64,000 nt of DNA from a virus. A program made the position numbers and the translations under genes. The stretch's first letter is position 1. Every line of letters starts with the position of its first letter. The stretch is from IMG/VR virus record IMGVR_UViG_3300045988_080466. One strand, 5' to 3'. Positions 28,592 through 37,380 of this stretch are shown here, piece by piece. The notes beneath the pieces are model-generated. The model saw only the letters and a list, made by a program, of their open reading frames with translations, ran no database searches and was not told the origin of the DNA.

Positions 28592-28902
28592 TCTTTAATT
28601 TTAAGTTTTATGTATTCAATTTTCTCTTCAGCAGAAGGCCAACCCCTTCGCAATTCTCCGTTCTCAATATAGAAAACTTCTGGATGCGATATATAGGCTT
28701 CGTCCCAGTCTTTGAAAGTTTCTTCTTGAATTTTATTATAACAAACCAAAAGGTCTCCATCAGAAATGTTACCATTTAGCACTTCTGGATAACGTCTTAT
28801 ATCAGGGCAATAAATTAGGTCAAACAAATCTTCAACGGTTAAGTTAAGATAACTACTACCTCCTTCACTATCCGCCATAAATGCATGGTATAGTTTACTC
28901 AT
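28573..28902 (-). CDS. hypothetical protein
   Basis: Co-directional 109-aa ORF. Confidence 0.5.
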   Translation of the reverse strand: MSKLYHAFMADSEGGSSYLNLTVEDLFDLIYCPDIRRYPEVLNGNISDGDLLVCYNKIQEETFKDWDEAYISHPEVFYIENGELRRGWPSAEEKIEYIKLKIKEWKSEN

Positions 28903-29098
28903 AATATACTACTTGTTTAATTACTTTTTCCTCACCTTCATAAGTAGCACCTACTATTTGTTCTAGATTATATTCAGGATATTCTAGACCATGAGGATAC
29001 TCCTTTATAATTTCCATAGCTCGAAAGGCATTACGGGCAGCAACTACAATCAGTCCTGCCGCATAATGTCCATGAAATTCATTTGTATATAAATACAT
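28895..29098 (-). CDS. hypothetical protein
   Basis: Co-directional 67-aa ORF. Confidence 0.45.
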   Translation of the reverse strand: MYLYTNEFHGHYAAGLIVVAARNAFRAMEIIKEYPHGLEYPEYNLEQIVGATYEGEEKVIKQVVYYE

Positions 29099-29553
29099 TA
29101 TTTAACGGCTTTATACAAATCCATTACACTGTGTACAGCATAAGTACGATATGCTTCTTCGATAAGCTCTTGTGCTTTAACAGTTTCGGTTCTTGACAAT
29201 TCTGGAACTATAAATACCCCATCTTTAGTTTCAATAACGAATGTAATTCCCTCTACAATTGGGTTTTTATCTGTGTTTGGAAATCCAGCATATATGTAGT
29301 CATTAAACGACATCATACCAAATCTGTGTAGGCAGTCCTTGATTTTATCGAATGGTTTGCCTGTTAAGTTTCTAGGAAGAAGAGTTTCACAGTCATGTTT
29401 GTATTTTCTTCTCCACATGATTTTTACGCAAGATTCATTTACTTTGTATTCAAGGAAACCCTCTCCTACTGCAACTGGAGTTTTAGGCAGTAAAGCCCAG
29501 AATAATTTACTTATGTTCTCATCTACGATTTGTTTTACTTCTTTGTCAGTCAT
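29098..29553 (-). CDS. hypothetical protein
   Basis: Co-directional 151-aa ORF. Confidence 0.5.
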   Translation of the reverse strand: MTDKEVKQIVDENISKLFWALLPKTPVAVGEGFLEYKVNESCVKIMWRRKYKHDCETLLPRNLTGKPFDKIKDCLHRFGMMSFNDYIYAGFPNTDKNPIVEGITFVIETKDGVFIVPELSRTETVKAQELIEEAYRTYAVHSVMDLYKAVK

Positions 29554-29566
29554 TTTTATTTAATTT

Positions 29567-30940
29567 TTAAGATTCTGATTCAATATCTACCTCACCTTTG
29601 TCAAGAGCTTTACCTTCTCCGTCAAGGAACTTAAAGCACTTCAACTTAAAGGCTTCCGATTTCATATTCTCAATCTTGATTACAATTCCTTCATGAGGAA
29701 CTTTATTATCACAAATTGGAGAATTACATTCCATATAGAACTTCTTCTCATTAGCTAATCTAGCCAAGAAATTCTCATTCCAATGGTCAGACGGAGCCAA
29801 GTCAGGATATAAATCCTTCGCATATCCATAATAGAACTCTTCTACTGGATTAAGTCCAACCATTTTACACCACAATTGTACTTCACGAGCAGAGAACTCA
29901 TGTACTTTACCGTCTACGTTAGTAATAGTTACACGATAAATCTGAACTCCGAAATGCTTTCCATACTCATATTTCTCGTCTCCGACTGGTGGAAGGAAGC
30001 CATAATCGTAATTCTTTTGGATATACCCACCATTGGGCAAGAATCCAATGATTTCATAGTATGCAGTCATACCTTTAGACAGACACGGACGAACAATGTC
30101 ATCAGCATATTTCCATACATCGACTCCATAGAATCCTCCCTGAACATTTCTGTTGTAATACTGGTTTTTGATTACAGAACGAGAAGAATACAAATAGTCG
30201 TACTTGTCAAACTCCTCTCCGGTCAACCAACGAGCAATTTTCTGTTTCCAGTTTAGTTCTTGCTTACACAATACATAAGCAGATATTCCAGAAGTTCCGT
30301 GAACTTTAGAAGTTATGCTGATAAGGTCGTTGGGATGTAAAACATGCGGACACTTTTTGATAAGGACGGTATCATAGTGGAATCTGAACTGATTTTCGAT
30401 GATTTTATCAAGTCCCTTAGGCTGCTTTCCTTTACCCGAATTGCCTGAGCCTGGCTCTCCCGGAGTGCGAGTATTTTTAGGGATATACTTCTTATTAACC
30501 CAAAATTGTTTTCCATCGTGTTCAACTGAATCAAATTCAACTCCTTCTTCCACATTAAGTTCTACATTTACAGTAGACATTACCCAATTCTGCAAAACCA
30601 CAATAGGGATAATGAATCCCTCAGACAGCTCACCACGCAATCTGATAGCCTTCACGCGACCATTGTCCTCAAACATTCCATTCTTCGTCGGGTCGTCATT
30701 AAGGTTCTCATGACGATATAAATTAGCGTAGCTAAGGAATTTGGGATTGATGCAACAAGCTGTCGGGAAGTACACATATAAACCCGGTTCGGAGTCAATA
30801 CCAGTAATAATATTAAAGCCGTCAATACAGCAACATTTTAACTTAGTTACCTCTGGGTCAGAGTGTTTGTGGAAGTTTTCGATTTTTACAATCTTTGCCA
30901 AATAGTTCACATTGGCATTTTTACTTTGTACTAATTTCAT
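29567..30940 (-). CDS. RNA ligase (N-terminal OB-like domain plus Rnl2-type adenylyltransferase; DRB0094/Rnl5-like)
   Basis: Motif I SKVHGTSG (compare T4 Rnl2 EKIHGTN), motif III YYEIIG, motif V HEGIVIKIEN..FKLK. The N-terminal LAKIVKIENF...GLYVYFP resembles the OB domain of the DRB0094 family. Confidence 0.7.
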   Translation of the reverse strand: MKLVQSKNANVNYLAKIVKIENFHKHSDPEVTKLKCCCIDGFNIITGIDSEPGLYVYFPTACCINPKFLSYANLYRHENLNDDPTKNGMFEDNGRVKAIRLRGELSEGFIIPIVVLQNWVMSTVNVELNVEEGVEFDSVEHDGKQFWVNKKYIPKNTRTPGEPGSGNSGKGKQPKGLDKIIENQFRFHYDTVLIKKCPHVLHPNDLISITSKVHGTSGISAYVLCKQELNWKQKIARWLTGEEFDKYDYLYSSRSVIKNQYYNRNVQGGFYGVDVWKYADDIVRPCLSKGMTAYYEIIGFLPNGGYIQKNYDYGFLPPVGDEKYEYGKHFGVQIYRVTITNVDGKVHEFSAREVQLWCKMVGLNPVEEFYYGYAKDLYPDLAPSDHWNENFLARLANEKKFYMECNSPICDNKVPHEGIVIKIENMKSEAFKLKCFKFLDGEGKALDKGEVDIESES

Positions 30941-31233
30941 AATTCAACTACTTGTTCTGGTGTTACAAATTCAAAATTACTTTCTTCATAAGTTTGATGG
31001 ATTTTATAGGCCTCAAAATACTTTATTGCGGAGACATATTCTTGTACAGTGTCTCCTTCAAGTATTTCTGAACTCCATACATGTACCTCTCCGTTTGCCT
31101 TAAAGTAACAGGTAATTTTACCGTTCTCGGGATTAATTCCGAAACAGGAGTTTCCAACAGGCTTTAAATAACGATTTTCAACTCTTCTATAACCCATAAA
31201 GAGAGCTGCGTTCTGTAAATCCTTACTGTTCAT
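30937..31233 (-). CDS. hypothetical protein
   Basis: Track ORF 30937..31263; Met at 31233 shortens the overlap with the upstream gene. Confidence 0.45.
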   Translation of the reverse strand: MNSKDLQNAALFMGYRRVENRYLKPVGNSCFGINPENGKITCYFKANGEVHVWSSEILEGDTVQEYVSAIKYFEAYKIHQTYEESNFEFVTPEQVVEL

Positions 31234-31429
31234 ATATACTCCATTCCTTAGACAAAACGGCATCAGTATAGAATTTAGTTACCACATAATTCACATGTGA
31301 ACCTTTAATTCCACAGATGATTTTTCCATCTTCCATGTAATACATACGAGTTTTATCACCAATAGTCAAACAAACTGTAAGACCACTTTCCATAAAGGAG
31401 ATTGCATCTCCAAATCCAAAATTTTCCAT
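31223..31429 (-). CDS. small protein, possible DUF2829 (Tad2-like) fold
   Basis: N-terminal FGFGDAISFMESG and C-terminal FYTDAVLSKEWSIY echo the DUF2829 pattern (F.eAl.alk.G ... DLlA.DWei). 68 aa. Confidence 0.35.
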   Translation of the reverse strand: MENFGFGDAISFMESGLTVCLTIGDKTRMYYMEDGKIICGIKGSHVNYVVTKFYTDAVLSKEWSIYEQ

Positions 31430-31431
31430 AT

Positions 31432-31653
31432 TTATCTTTCTTTTATTAATTCTAAAAATTCATCCCAGTTTTCTGTGCTGTCATACATAGCTTCGATAAC
31501 ATCACTAGTAAAACGGCTCATTAGTCTGAGAGTTTGTTCAAATACGTCTTTAAACATATCGTCTTGTTCATCCTTACTAAGCGTCTTACCAGTCATTCCG
31601 ACTAGTAATTCGCCTACTTTGGATGCAATGTCTATTTGTTTCTTATAGCTCAT
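31432..31653 (-). CDS. hypothetical protein
   Basis: Track ORF 31432..31692; Met at 31653 reduces the overlap. Confidence 0.45.
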   Translation of the reverse strand: MSYKKQIDIASKVGELLVGMTGKTLSKDEQDDMFKDVFEQTLRLMSRFTSDVIEAMYDSTENWDEFLELIKER

Positions 31654-31945
31654 AGGCTCGTGTGGCTCTGTATTCACACATAAAGTTTGCAAATGATTGT
31701 GCTAATGCTTCATCTTGCTTATTGTTGTAGAAGAACTGGAAGCAGTGAAATAACTCATGCCAGAAAGTATTTTCTATTTGCTGTTCAGTTAATTGCACTA
31801 TTTTTCCTTCATCATCCATGCTTTTGGCTACGACTATTTTTCTCCTTATATCATTGTGGTAGCCGTAATTTCCATCATCGGACTTATCTACAACTTGTAC
31901 CTCATACTCGGTATTTGCTATTTTAAACCTTTTAGGGATTTCCAT
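31643..31945 (-). CDS. small HExxH metallopeptidase-like protein
   Basis: FWHELFHCF (HExxH) in a 100-aa protein, the minimal ImmA/IrrE- or SprT-like layout. Confidence 0.45.
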   Translation of the reverse strand: MEIPKRFKIANTEYEVQVVDKSDDGNYGYHNDIRRKIVVAKSMDDEGKIVQLTEQQIENTFWHELFHCFQFFYNNKQDEALAQSFANFMCEYRATRAYEL

Positions 31946-32157
31946 TCGTTTAAGAAGTCTTCCATTATAAGTTCAGATTCTGATTCATCTATCCGCACAT
32001 CACCAGTGTCTATTTCCATACTGATTATATCATATATGGCGTCCGTTAATTCACCCTCGTCCTTACATTCCAAAAAATCTTCTGGATTCAGTTTGAGTTC
32101 AGAATAAATAAAACCTTTCCAAATGTACCTATTAAACTCTACCCAATGCTCACTCAT
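31918..32157 (-). CDS. hypothetical acidic protein
   Basis: Co-directional 79-aa ORF. Confidence 0.45.
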   Translation of the reverse strand: MSEHWVEFNRYIWKGFIYSELKLNPEDFLECKDEGELTDAIYDIISMEIDTGDVRIDESESELIMEDFLNEWKSLKGLK

Positions 32158-33340
32158 AGTCTCTTATACATTTTAATACAGGTTGTAAAGGAGTTCCTTC
32201 TTCTGAATAATAGAAGAACTTAACAGTAGCCATTTTACCGATAATATCATCTAGATTGTCTCGATATTCTTGTTTCAATTCCCTACTTCCCATTGGTTTA
32301 GCCTTAAATTCTATTCCATCTTCAGTTATGCAAGTGAAACACATATCTTCATCACGAAGACCCTCCGAAATACCAGTGATTTCAAATTCCGCATCCTGAT
32401 ATTCTTTGATTTTAATCATATCATTAGTTCGTTTACCAAAACCATACAGTTTACTTGGATTACGAATAACAACACCTTCAAAACCTTCACCTACATACTT
32501 ATCATGTAACTTTTTAATATTTGTCCAACCACTAACTTCTTCTTGAGGAACAAGTCTTATTTGTAAATCCTTAGTAAGAATAGGGGCAAACAAATCAGAA
32601 GTAATATTCAACTCTTCTGCCATTTCAAGCATTTGCTCATTTCTTTGAGTAAAGTCAGCTTCTGCATCCATAATGTCATACATCCAAAACTCTAATTCAA
32701 GAGTTCTAGGGTCGTCTTGCTCTAACCTTGCGGTACCAGAAATCCATTGAAGTGGTCTACCATGAGAATATAGTTCTCCGTCAATAGATACATCTGGATG
32801 ATTCTTAAACCACTCTACCAAAGCTGGATTATTTCTTATGTGAGCAGTAGCAGGGTCATAATCTCCCCCACCTCTGCTTGAAGAACGAACTTCTCCATCT
32901 TTGAAGTAAAAAGAACAACGAACTCCATCAATTTTACGAGATGCTAACCACACTTTGACCTTATCATATACACTTGTTGCAACCTTATTAAAGTCTTTAG
33001 CAAGCATATGTTTCTTACATCCATTAGCATCGGTCTTATGCTCTGGAAGAATTTCATCAAGTTGAGCTTTAGTATAGTCGTTGATGCTCCCTTCGATTAA
33101 CTTATATCCTTTATCTTGATACTTTTTAAGGTGAGAGTTATATTCAAGTTCTGCTTGTTGTGTAACAGTTCTTTTAACCTTCCCTTTAGTAATTGTAATA
33201 TCTGGCTGTGCTGTAACCTTACCTTGATATTGGTAAGTGTTTCTTTTAATAGTGAAACCAGAGAGTTCACTTCCTTCACAGGAAATCTCAACTACTCTAA
33301 TTTTTCCTTTTGAGTCTTTACTTATTAATGTATTATTCAT
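32150..33340 (-). CDS. ATP-dependent DNA ligase
   Basis: Motif I SRKIDGVR (KxDG). DGELY, EGFEGVVIRNP, MIKIKEY (motifs III-V), followed by a C-terminal OB-like region. Confidence 0.85.
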   Translation of the reverse strand: MNNTLISKDSKGKIRVVEISCEGSELSGFTIKRNTYQYQGKVTAQPDITITKGKVKRTVTQQAELEYNSHLKKYQDKGYKLIEGSINDYTKAQLDEILPEHKTDANGCKKHMLAKDFNKVATSVYDKVKVWLASRKIDGVRCSFYFKDGEVRSSSRGGGDYDPATAHIRNNPALVEWFKNHPDVSIDGELYSHGRPLQWISGTARLEQDDPRTLELEFWMYDIMDAEADFTQRNEQMLEMAEELNITSDLFAPILTKDLQIRLVPQEEVSGWTNIKKLHDKYVGEGFEGVVIRNPSKLYGFGKRTNDMIKIKEYQDAEFEITGISEGLRDEDMCFTCITEDGIEFKAKPMGSRELKQEYRDNLDDIIGKMATVKFFYYSEEGTPLQPVLKCIRDYE

Positions 33341-33343
33341 TCT

Positions 33344-33556
33344 TTATAAAGCTTTAACTGCCTTATATTTAGAGCTTTTGTTTTTAGATACATAATCTAT
33401 AGCTGCCTCTTTACTATGAGTCCATTTTGTGGGCCCGCTTTTTGACGTATATATTACATACATCGTTTTAGGAAGTGGAGATTCCTCTATCACTTCATAT
33501 TCGGCATCTTCTATAACTACTTCTCTATACTGTTTCAGTTTTTCTTCTAACCCCAT
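33344..33556 (-). CDS. hypothetical protein
   Basis: Co-directional 70-aa ORF. Confidence 0.45.
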   Translation of the reverse strand: MGLEEKLKQYREVVIEDAEYEVIEESPLPKTMYVIYTSKSGPTKWTHSKEAAIDYVSKNKSSKYKAVKAL

Positions 33557-33975
33557 ACGTAATTATCTAATTGGTGAGTTTCCATAAATTCTCCTCTTAA
33601 GTCACGAACACATTTCATATCCCATCGTGTTCCAGCATGTCTAAGTGCAGCAGCCAGATTACTGTTGTATTCTAGGCTACTTGAAGGAACAAATAAATCC
33701 TTAGATTCCCATACGGTGGATAAATTTGCTTCTTCATATCTTATTATGCACCATAGATGTCTTCTGTGGTCATAAGAAGATTCTATAGTCTCAAACACAA
33801 TTTTCCCTGAATCAGGATTAACTGCAACTATCCTAGCATTGGTAATGCCTTTGATTTTAAAGCACTTCCCAATAACTTTACTTGCTAAATCGTCCTGTAC
33901 TGATGTTAATGCATTTTTTAGTTTAGATGTGGCTGTAATTAATCCTTCAATCTCTGCCGGTACCATATTACTCAT
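33547..33975 (-). CDS. hypothetical protein
   Basis: Co-directional 142-aa ORF. Confidence 0.5.
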   Translation of the reverse strand: MSNMVPAEIEGLITATSKLKNALTSVQDDLASKVIGKCFKIKGITNARIVAVNPDSGKIVFETIESSYDHRRHLWCIIRYEEANLSTVWESKDLFVPSSSLEYNSNLAAALRHAGTRWDMKCVRDLRGEFMETHQLDNYVWG

Positions 33976-33996
33976 TTTTATAAAAACTTGATTATA

Positions 33997-34521
33997 TTAT
34001 TTTTCTCCAGTATGTCCAAATCCGCCCTTGCGGTCAGTTTCATTCAATCTTGCAACTTCTTCCCATTCTGCCACACAAGCCCATCCAAATACTAATTGGG
34101 CAATACGTTCTCCATCTTCAATGTACACTGCTTCGTGTCCTTGATTGATTAGAATTACATGTATTTCTTCTCTATAGTCAGCATCGACAGTTCCGGGAGT
34201 ATTGAGTACTGTAATTCCTTTCTTTAAGGCCAATCCGCTTCTAGGTCTTACTTGACATTCCGCCACATATCCGTCTGTAAGATTGTCAGGAAGAGCAATC
34301 TTCAATCCTGTTGGGATGAGTGCTCTAGCACCTGGGTCTAAACGCAGCATTGTGACTTTATTAACATCAGACTTAAAGAGAATTTCACAATCTCCAAATG
34401 CCTTAATGGGTTTATCAACTGTTACTCTACTGAAGTCTGCACGTATATCCATACCTGCGGACATAGGAGTTTCATACTGGGGAAGTTTGTTATTCGATAG
34501 ATTAATTACTTGTACCTTCAT
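33997..34521 (-). CDS. dut: dUTP diphosphatase
   Basis: [38 protein letters not shown] (trimeric dUTPase motifs I-V). Confidence 0.9.
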   Translation of the reverse strand: MKVQVINLSNNKLPQYETPMSAGMDIRADFSRVTVDKPIKAFGDCEILFKSDVNKVTMLRLDPGARALIPTGLKIALPDNLTDGYVAECQVRPRSGLALKKGITVLNTPGTVDADYREEIHVILINQGHEAVYIEDGERIAQLVFGWACVAEWEEVARLNETDRKGGFGHTGEK

Positions 34522-34774
34522 TTAAATAGTTTATTAGAGAGTTCAATACGTCTTTATCTGCTTCTGAATAGAAAGCCTTAATCAATTCATCTCCTTCATA
34601 AACTGCAACAAACGGAGTCATTCTGGCTCCGCATGATGCTTTTAGTTTATATGCTTGCTTCTTTTCTTTATAGCTTTCTTCATCGAACATTTCCAGAAAG
34701 ATTCCAGACAAATTTGCGTCTAGTATCCTATCTGCATCAGAAGGATTACTATAAACAAATTTTACTGTTACCAT
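34502..34774 (-). CDS. hypothetical protein
   Basis: Co-directional 90-aa ORF. Confidence 0.45.
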   Translation of the reverse strand: MVTVKFVYSNPSDADRILDANLSGIFLEMFDEESYKEKKQAYKLKASCGARMTPFVAVYEGDELIKAFYSEADKDVLNSLINYLNEGTSN

Positions 34775-35241
34775 TCTTCGTCTATTATTACAAGCTCAAC
34801 ACTAGTATAATCCCCAGTTGAACAATAGAACTCAAACACATCGCTATTATCATAAAGGTCGTAAATACTACCGAAACGGTCATCAGCCATTGTATCCCAA
34901 TCAACATAGCATCTTACATGTTCGGGAACTGTACGTTTTTCTTCCCAGAGATAATCATCTTTAGCGTTCTCTAACATAGTGTCTATATCATCACTGTTAC
35001 AAACTTTATATGTTTTTGAAATTCCCTCTTCTTCATTTTCATAACAAACCTCACGGTCGTCATAATCATCAGTTGTAATCATTTGAAGAATATCTTTGAT
35101 GTCCTCTTCTGGAGTTTCTTCGTTGAATCTTTTGTCATGTAGGTCTAGTACTGCAACAACTCTCCAAGGTTCGTCAAAAAGTTCTCTATCTTCAATATAA
35201 TTAGCCATAAACACGAGGGTCTGTTCTCTTTCAGTCATCAT
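34768..35241 (-). CDS. hypothetical highly acidic protein
   Basis: 157 aa with dense D/E runs (TDDYDDREVCYENEEEG, DDIDTMLENAKDDYLWEE). Confidence 0.5.
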   Translation of the reverse strand: MMTEREQTLVFMANYIEDRELFDEPWRVVAVLDLHDKRFNEETPEEDIKDILQMITTDDYDDREVCYENEEEGISKTYKVCNSDDIDTMLENAKDDYLWEEKRTVPEHVRCYVDWDTMADDRFGSIYDLYDNSDVFEFYCSTGDYTSVELVIIDEEW

Positions 35242-35253
35242 TTTCGTAAATTT

Positions 35254-36672
35254 TTATTGTAATAAATGAGCATCTTTTCTTGTTCTAGACAGAGCAACAT
35301 ATTGCAACTGCCGTCTTTCATCTTCATCTTTACAAAGGTTGATATTCTTCATATCAACAAAAACCTCACCATAAGAACTTCCTTGAGACTTATGCGTTGA
35401 GCAAGCATAGCCATAGTCGAACGATTTTTTCCTAATCAATCTTCCATCATAGTATAAATCGACTGGAGTAGTGAAACTTCCAATAAGTTTATAATATTCA
35501 CTCCAAGCGGATTTAGATTGTTGCATCCGCCCTGCTTCTTTAAGATTGATAGCTTGTAATCGTAATCCTTCAATACGTGATGCAAGAGCTTGTTTATAAT
35601 CAGAATCAAGGTCTCTTGCAATCATTGATATTGTAGTTCTATCGTCTGTGGTAGAATCATACATATTCAGTTCATACCCAGGAACTTTCATAAATCCGGG
35701 TATATAAATGTCACGCTTTACTGGCTCGTCTACTATAATATAATCCATAGAGTTCCAGAATTTAACTCCGTTAAACTCGAGATTCTCATATCCAGTTAAG
35801 AACTCAAACTGATGATATTCAACAGTTCTTGCATCTTCCCAGATTACTCGTCTGATACAGTTGTTATAACTGGCAACCATAGCATTTGTATACGCTAATA
35901 TCTTAGTTGCCAATATATCTCCATTTCTCATAGCCTTCTTGTAAGCTGGCACTGCGGCCTTTAAGAATGGAACAACATCAGAATGACAATATAGAGAACC
36001 CTCCTCTGATTCTACAGAGTGAAACCAATCAATGGTTTTGCTCCTCAAGGTAGTTAATATAGGCATCAAGGCATTATTCTCTGCCTGCCTATAAACCTTA
36101 GTAAGAGTGTATTTGTCTTCCAAGTTAAATACTTTGGAAGTGGTAAGTGAATTAACCGGACGTAACTGACATTTATCTCCTACAAAGATAACCTTACAAT
36201 TAAATGCGGCACATTTCTCAATCAACAAATCAAATAAATCATCATTTATCATTGAAGATTCATCGCATATAACTACTCCACCTCTCGGCATTTGTATTCG
36301 TCTATCACTTACTCTAAACTTTAAATCTTTGAAATCCAAGGCAAGGATTTCTATGTTTGGAGATAATTGTAGCAATTGATGTAGAGTAATTGCATTTCTG
36401 TCGGCAAACCTGGATAGTACCAGTTTAGCTTTATGAGTTGGAGCACATAAAGCATAATCCATTTCCAATTCTGAATCCATATATTCAATAAGGTTTCTCA
36501 TTAGAAAACTTTTACCTGTACCTGCTGCCCCAATTAATGAAAATGCTCTCTTAGATTTATCTAATAAGAACCTTTCCATTAAATCCAATGCTTCTCTTTG
36601 CTGTTCTCCTAATTGAGGTTTCTCTGTTTCTACTCCTATGTTTGATAGTGTGAAATTAAACATACTATGCAA
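35254..36672 (-). CDS. SF1 DNA helicase (Dda/RecD-like)
   Basis: GAAGTGKS (Walker A), VICDESSM, FVGDKCQLRPV, STHKSQGSSY, YVALSRTR. Confidence 0.85.
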   Translation of the reverse strand: MHSMFNFTLSNIGVETEKPQLGEQQREALDLMERFLLDKSKRAFSLIGAAGTGKSFLMRNLIEYMDSELEMDYALCAPTHKAKLVLSRFADRNAITLHQLLQLSPNIEILALDFKDLKFRVSDRRIQMPRGGVVICDESSMINDDLFDLLIEKCAAFNCKVIFVGDKCQLRPVNSLTTSKVFNLEDKYTLTKVYRQAENNALMPILTTLRSKTIDWFHSVESEEGSLYCHSDVVPFLKAAVPAYKKAMRNGDILATKILAYTNAMVASYNNCIRRVIWEDARTVEYHQFEFLTGYENLEFNGVKFWNSMDYIIVDEPVKRDIYIPGFMKVPGYELNMYDSTTDDRTTISMIARDLDSDYKQALASRIEGLRLQAINLKEAGRMQQSKSAWSEYYKLIGSFTTPVDLYYDGRLIRKKSFDYGYACSTHKSQGSSYGEVFVDMKNINLCKDEDERRQLQYVALSRTRKDAHLLQ

Positions 36673-36693
36673 ACAATAGTGTTAACAATACTA

Positions 36694-36855
36694 TCACATT
36701 AATGACAGTTTTATACGGATATATGTCCATATCTCTCTCTCCAAGTCATAGTATTTCCTCAAATAATCTCTCCCTACTGGATTAAGTACAAATATAGAAG
36801 TTAATACCATATTCGCAATCCATATCCATACAATGATTTGTGCTATTAAAACCAT
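36694..36855 (-). CDS. small membrane protein (53 aa, below ORF-track cutoff)
   Basis: Hand-translated MVLIAQIIVWIWIANMVLTSIFVLNPVGRDYLRKYYDLEREIWTYIRIKLSLM. It fills the gap between the nrdG terminator and the helicase gene. Confidence 0.3.
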   Translation of the reverse strand: MVLIAQIIVWIWIANMVLTSIFVLNPVGRDYLRKYYDLEREIWTYIRIKLSLM

Positions 36856-36867
36856 AATGCTATATAA

Positions 36868-36898
36868 TAAAAAAGAGCGGTTCTACACGAACCACTCT
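36868..36898 (-). terminator. rho-independent terminator after nrdD-nrdG
   Basis: Minus-strand RNA AGAGUGGUUC-GUGUA-GAACCGCUCU: a 10-bp stem with one G-U pair, followed by UUUUUU. The stem includes the nrdG stop codon. Confidence 0.65.
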
Positions 36899-37380
36899 CT
36901 CCAAAATAAATTAGTAATATCTTCTAATACATAAAGACCTGCTTCTTCATATGTTTTATTAACTTTATACATTTTCTGATTGGTGTTAGGATTATCAAGT
37001 GGGCCTAATTCCTCAATATACGGTCCTAACTTAATAAAATCATACTCCCCCAGTCTTCTTTCTAAACCAAGCGGTAATTGTTCTCTTCCAGAATACCATG
37101 CTGTTTTGAGAGAAGGATAAAGAGCTCTTATATGCTTGCATAGGTAATAAATGTCCATAGGATTGGAATCTCCTCCCATAAAAGCCACACAGGTTATTCC
37201 TTCATTCTTGTTAATCAGACAATCTAGTTCGCTGTGAGTCAATTCCTTACCAATATCCTCTGCCAAGTAAGAACTATGACAGCCCTTACAATGACATGGA
37301 CAATTAGAAATGTTTATACAGAGAGTTACCTCAAGAGGAATCTCTCGTAGTGTTACTGCTGTGTCTGTATATTTAAGCAT
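36883..37380 (-). CDS. nrdG: anaerobic ribonucleotide reductase activating protein (radical SAM)
   Basis: NCPCHCKGCHS cluster motif. 165 aa, with an 8-nt overlap with nrdD. Confidence 0.85.
   Translation of the reverse strand: MLKYTDTAVTLREIPLEVTLCINISNCPCHCKGCHSSYLAEDIGKELTHSELDCLINKNEGITCVAFMGGDSNPMDIYYLCKHIRALYPSLKTAWYSGREQLPLGLERRLGEYDFIKLGPYIEELGPLDNPNTNQKMYKVNKTYEEAGLYVLEDITNLFWREWFV

Noticed and set aside
34502-34774. 90-aa ORF next to dut as a glutaredoxin/NrdH-like redoxin.
   Set aside because: The size and beta-alpha pattern are vaguely thioredoxin-like, but there is no CxxC active site.
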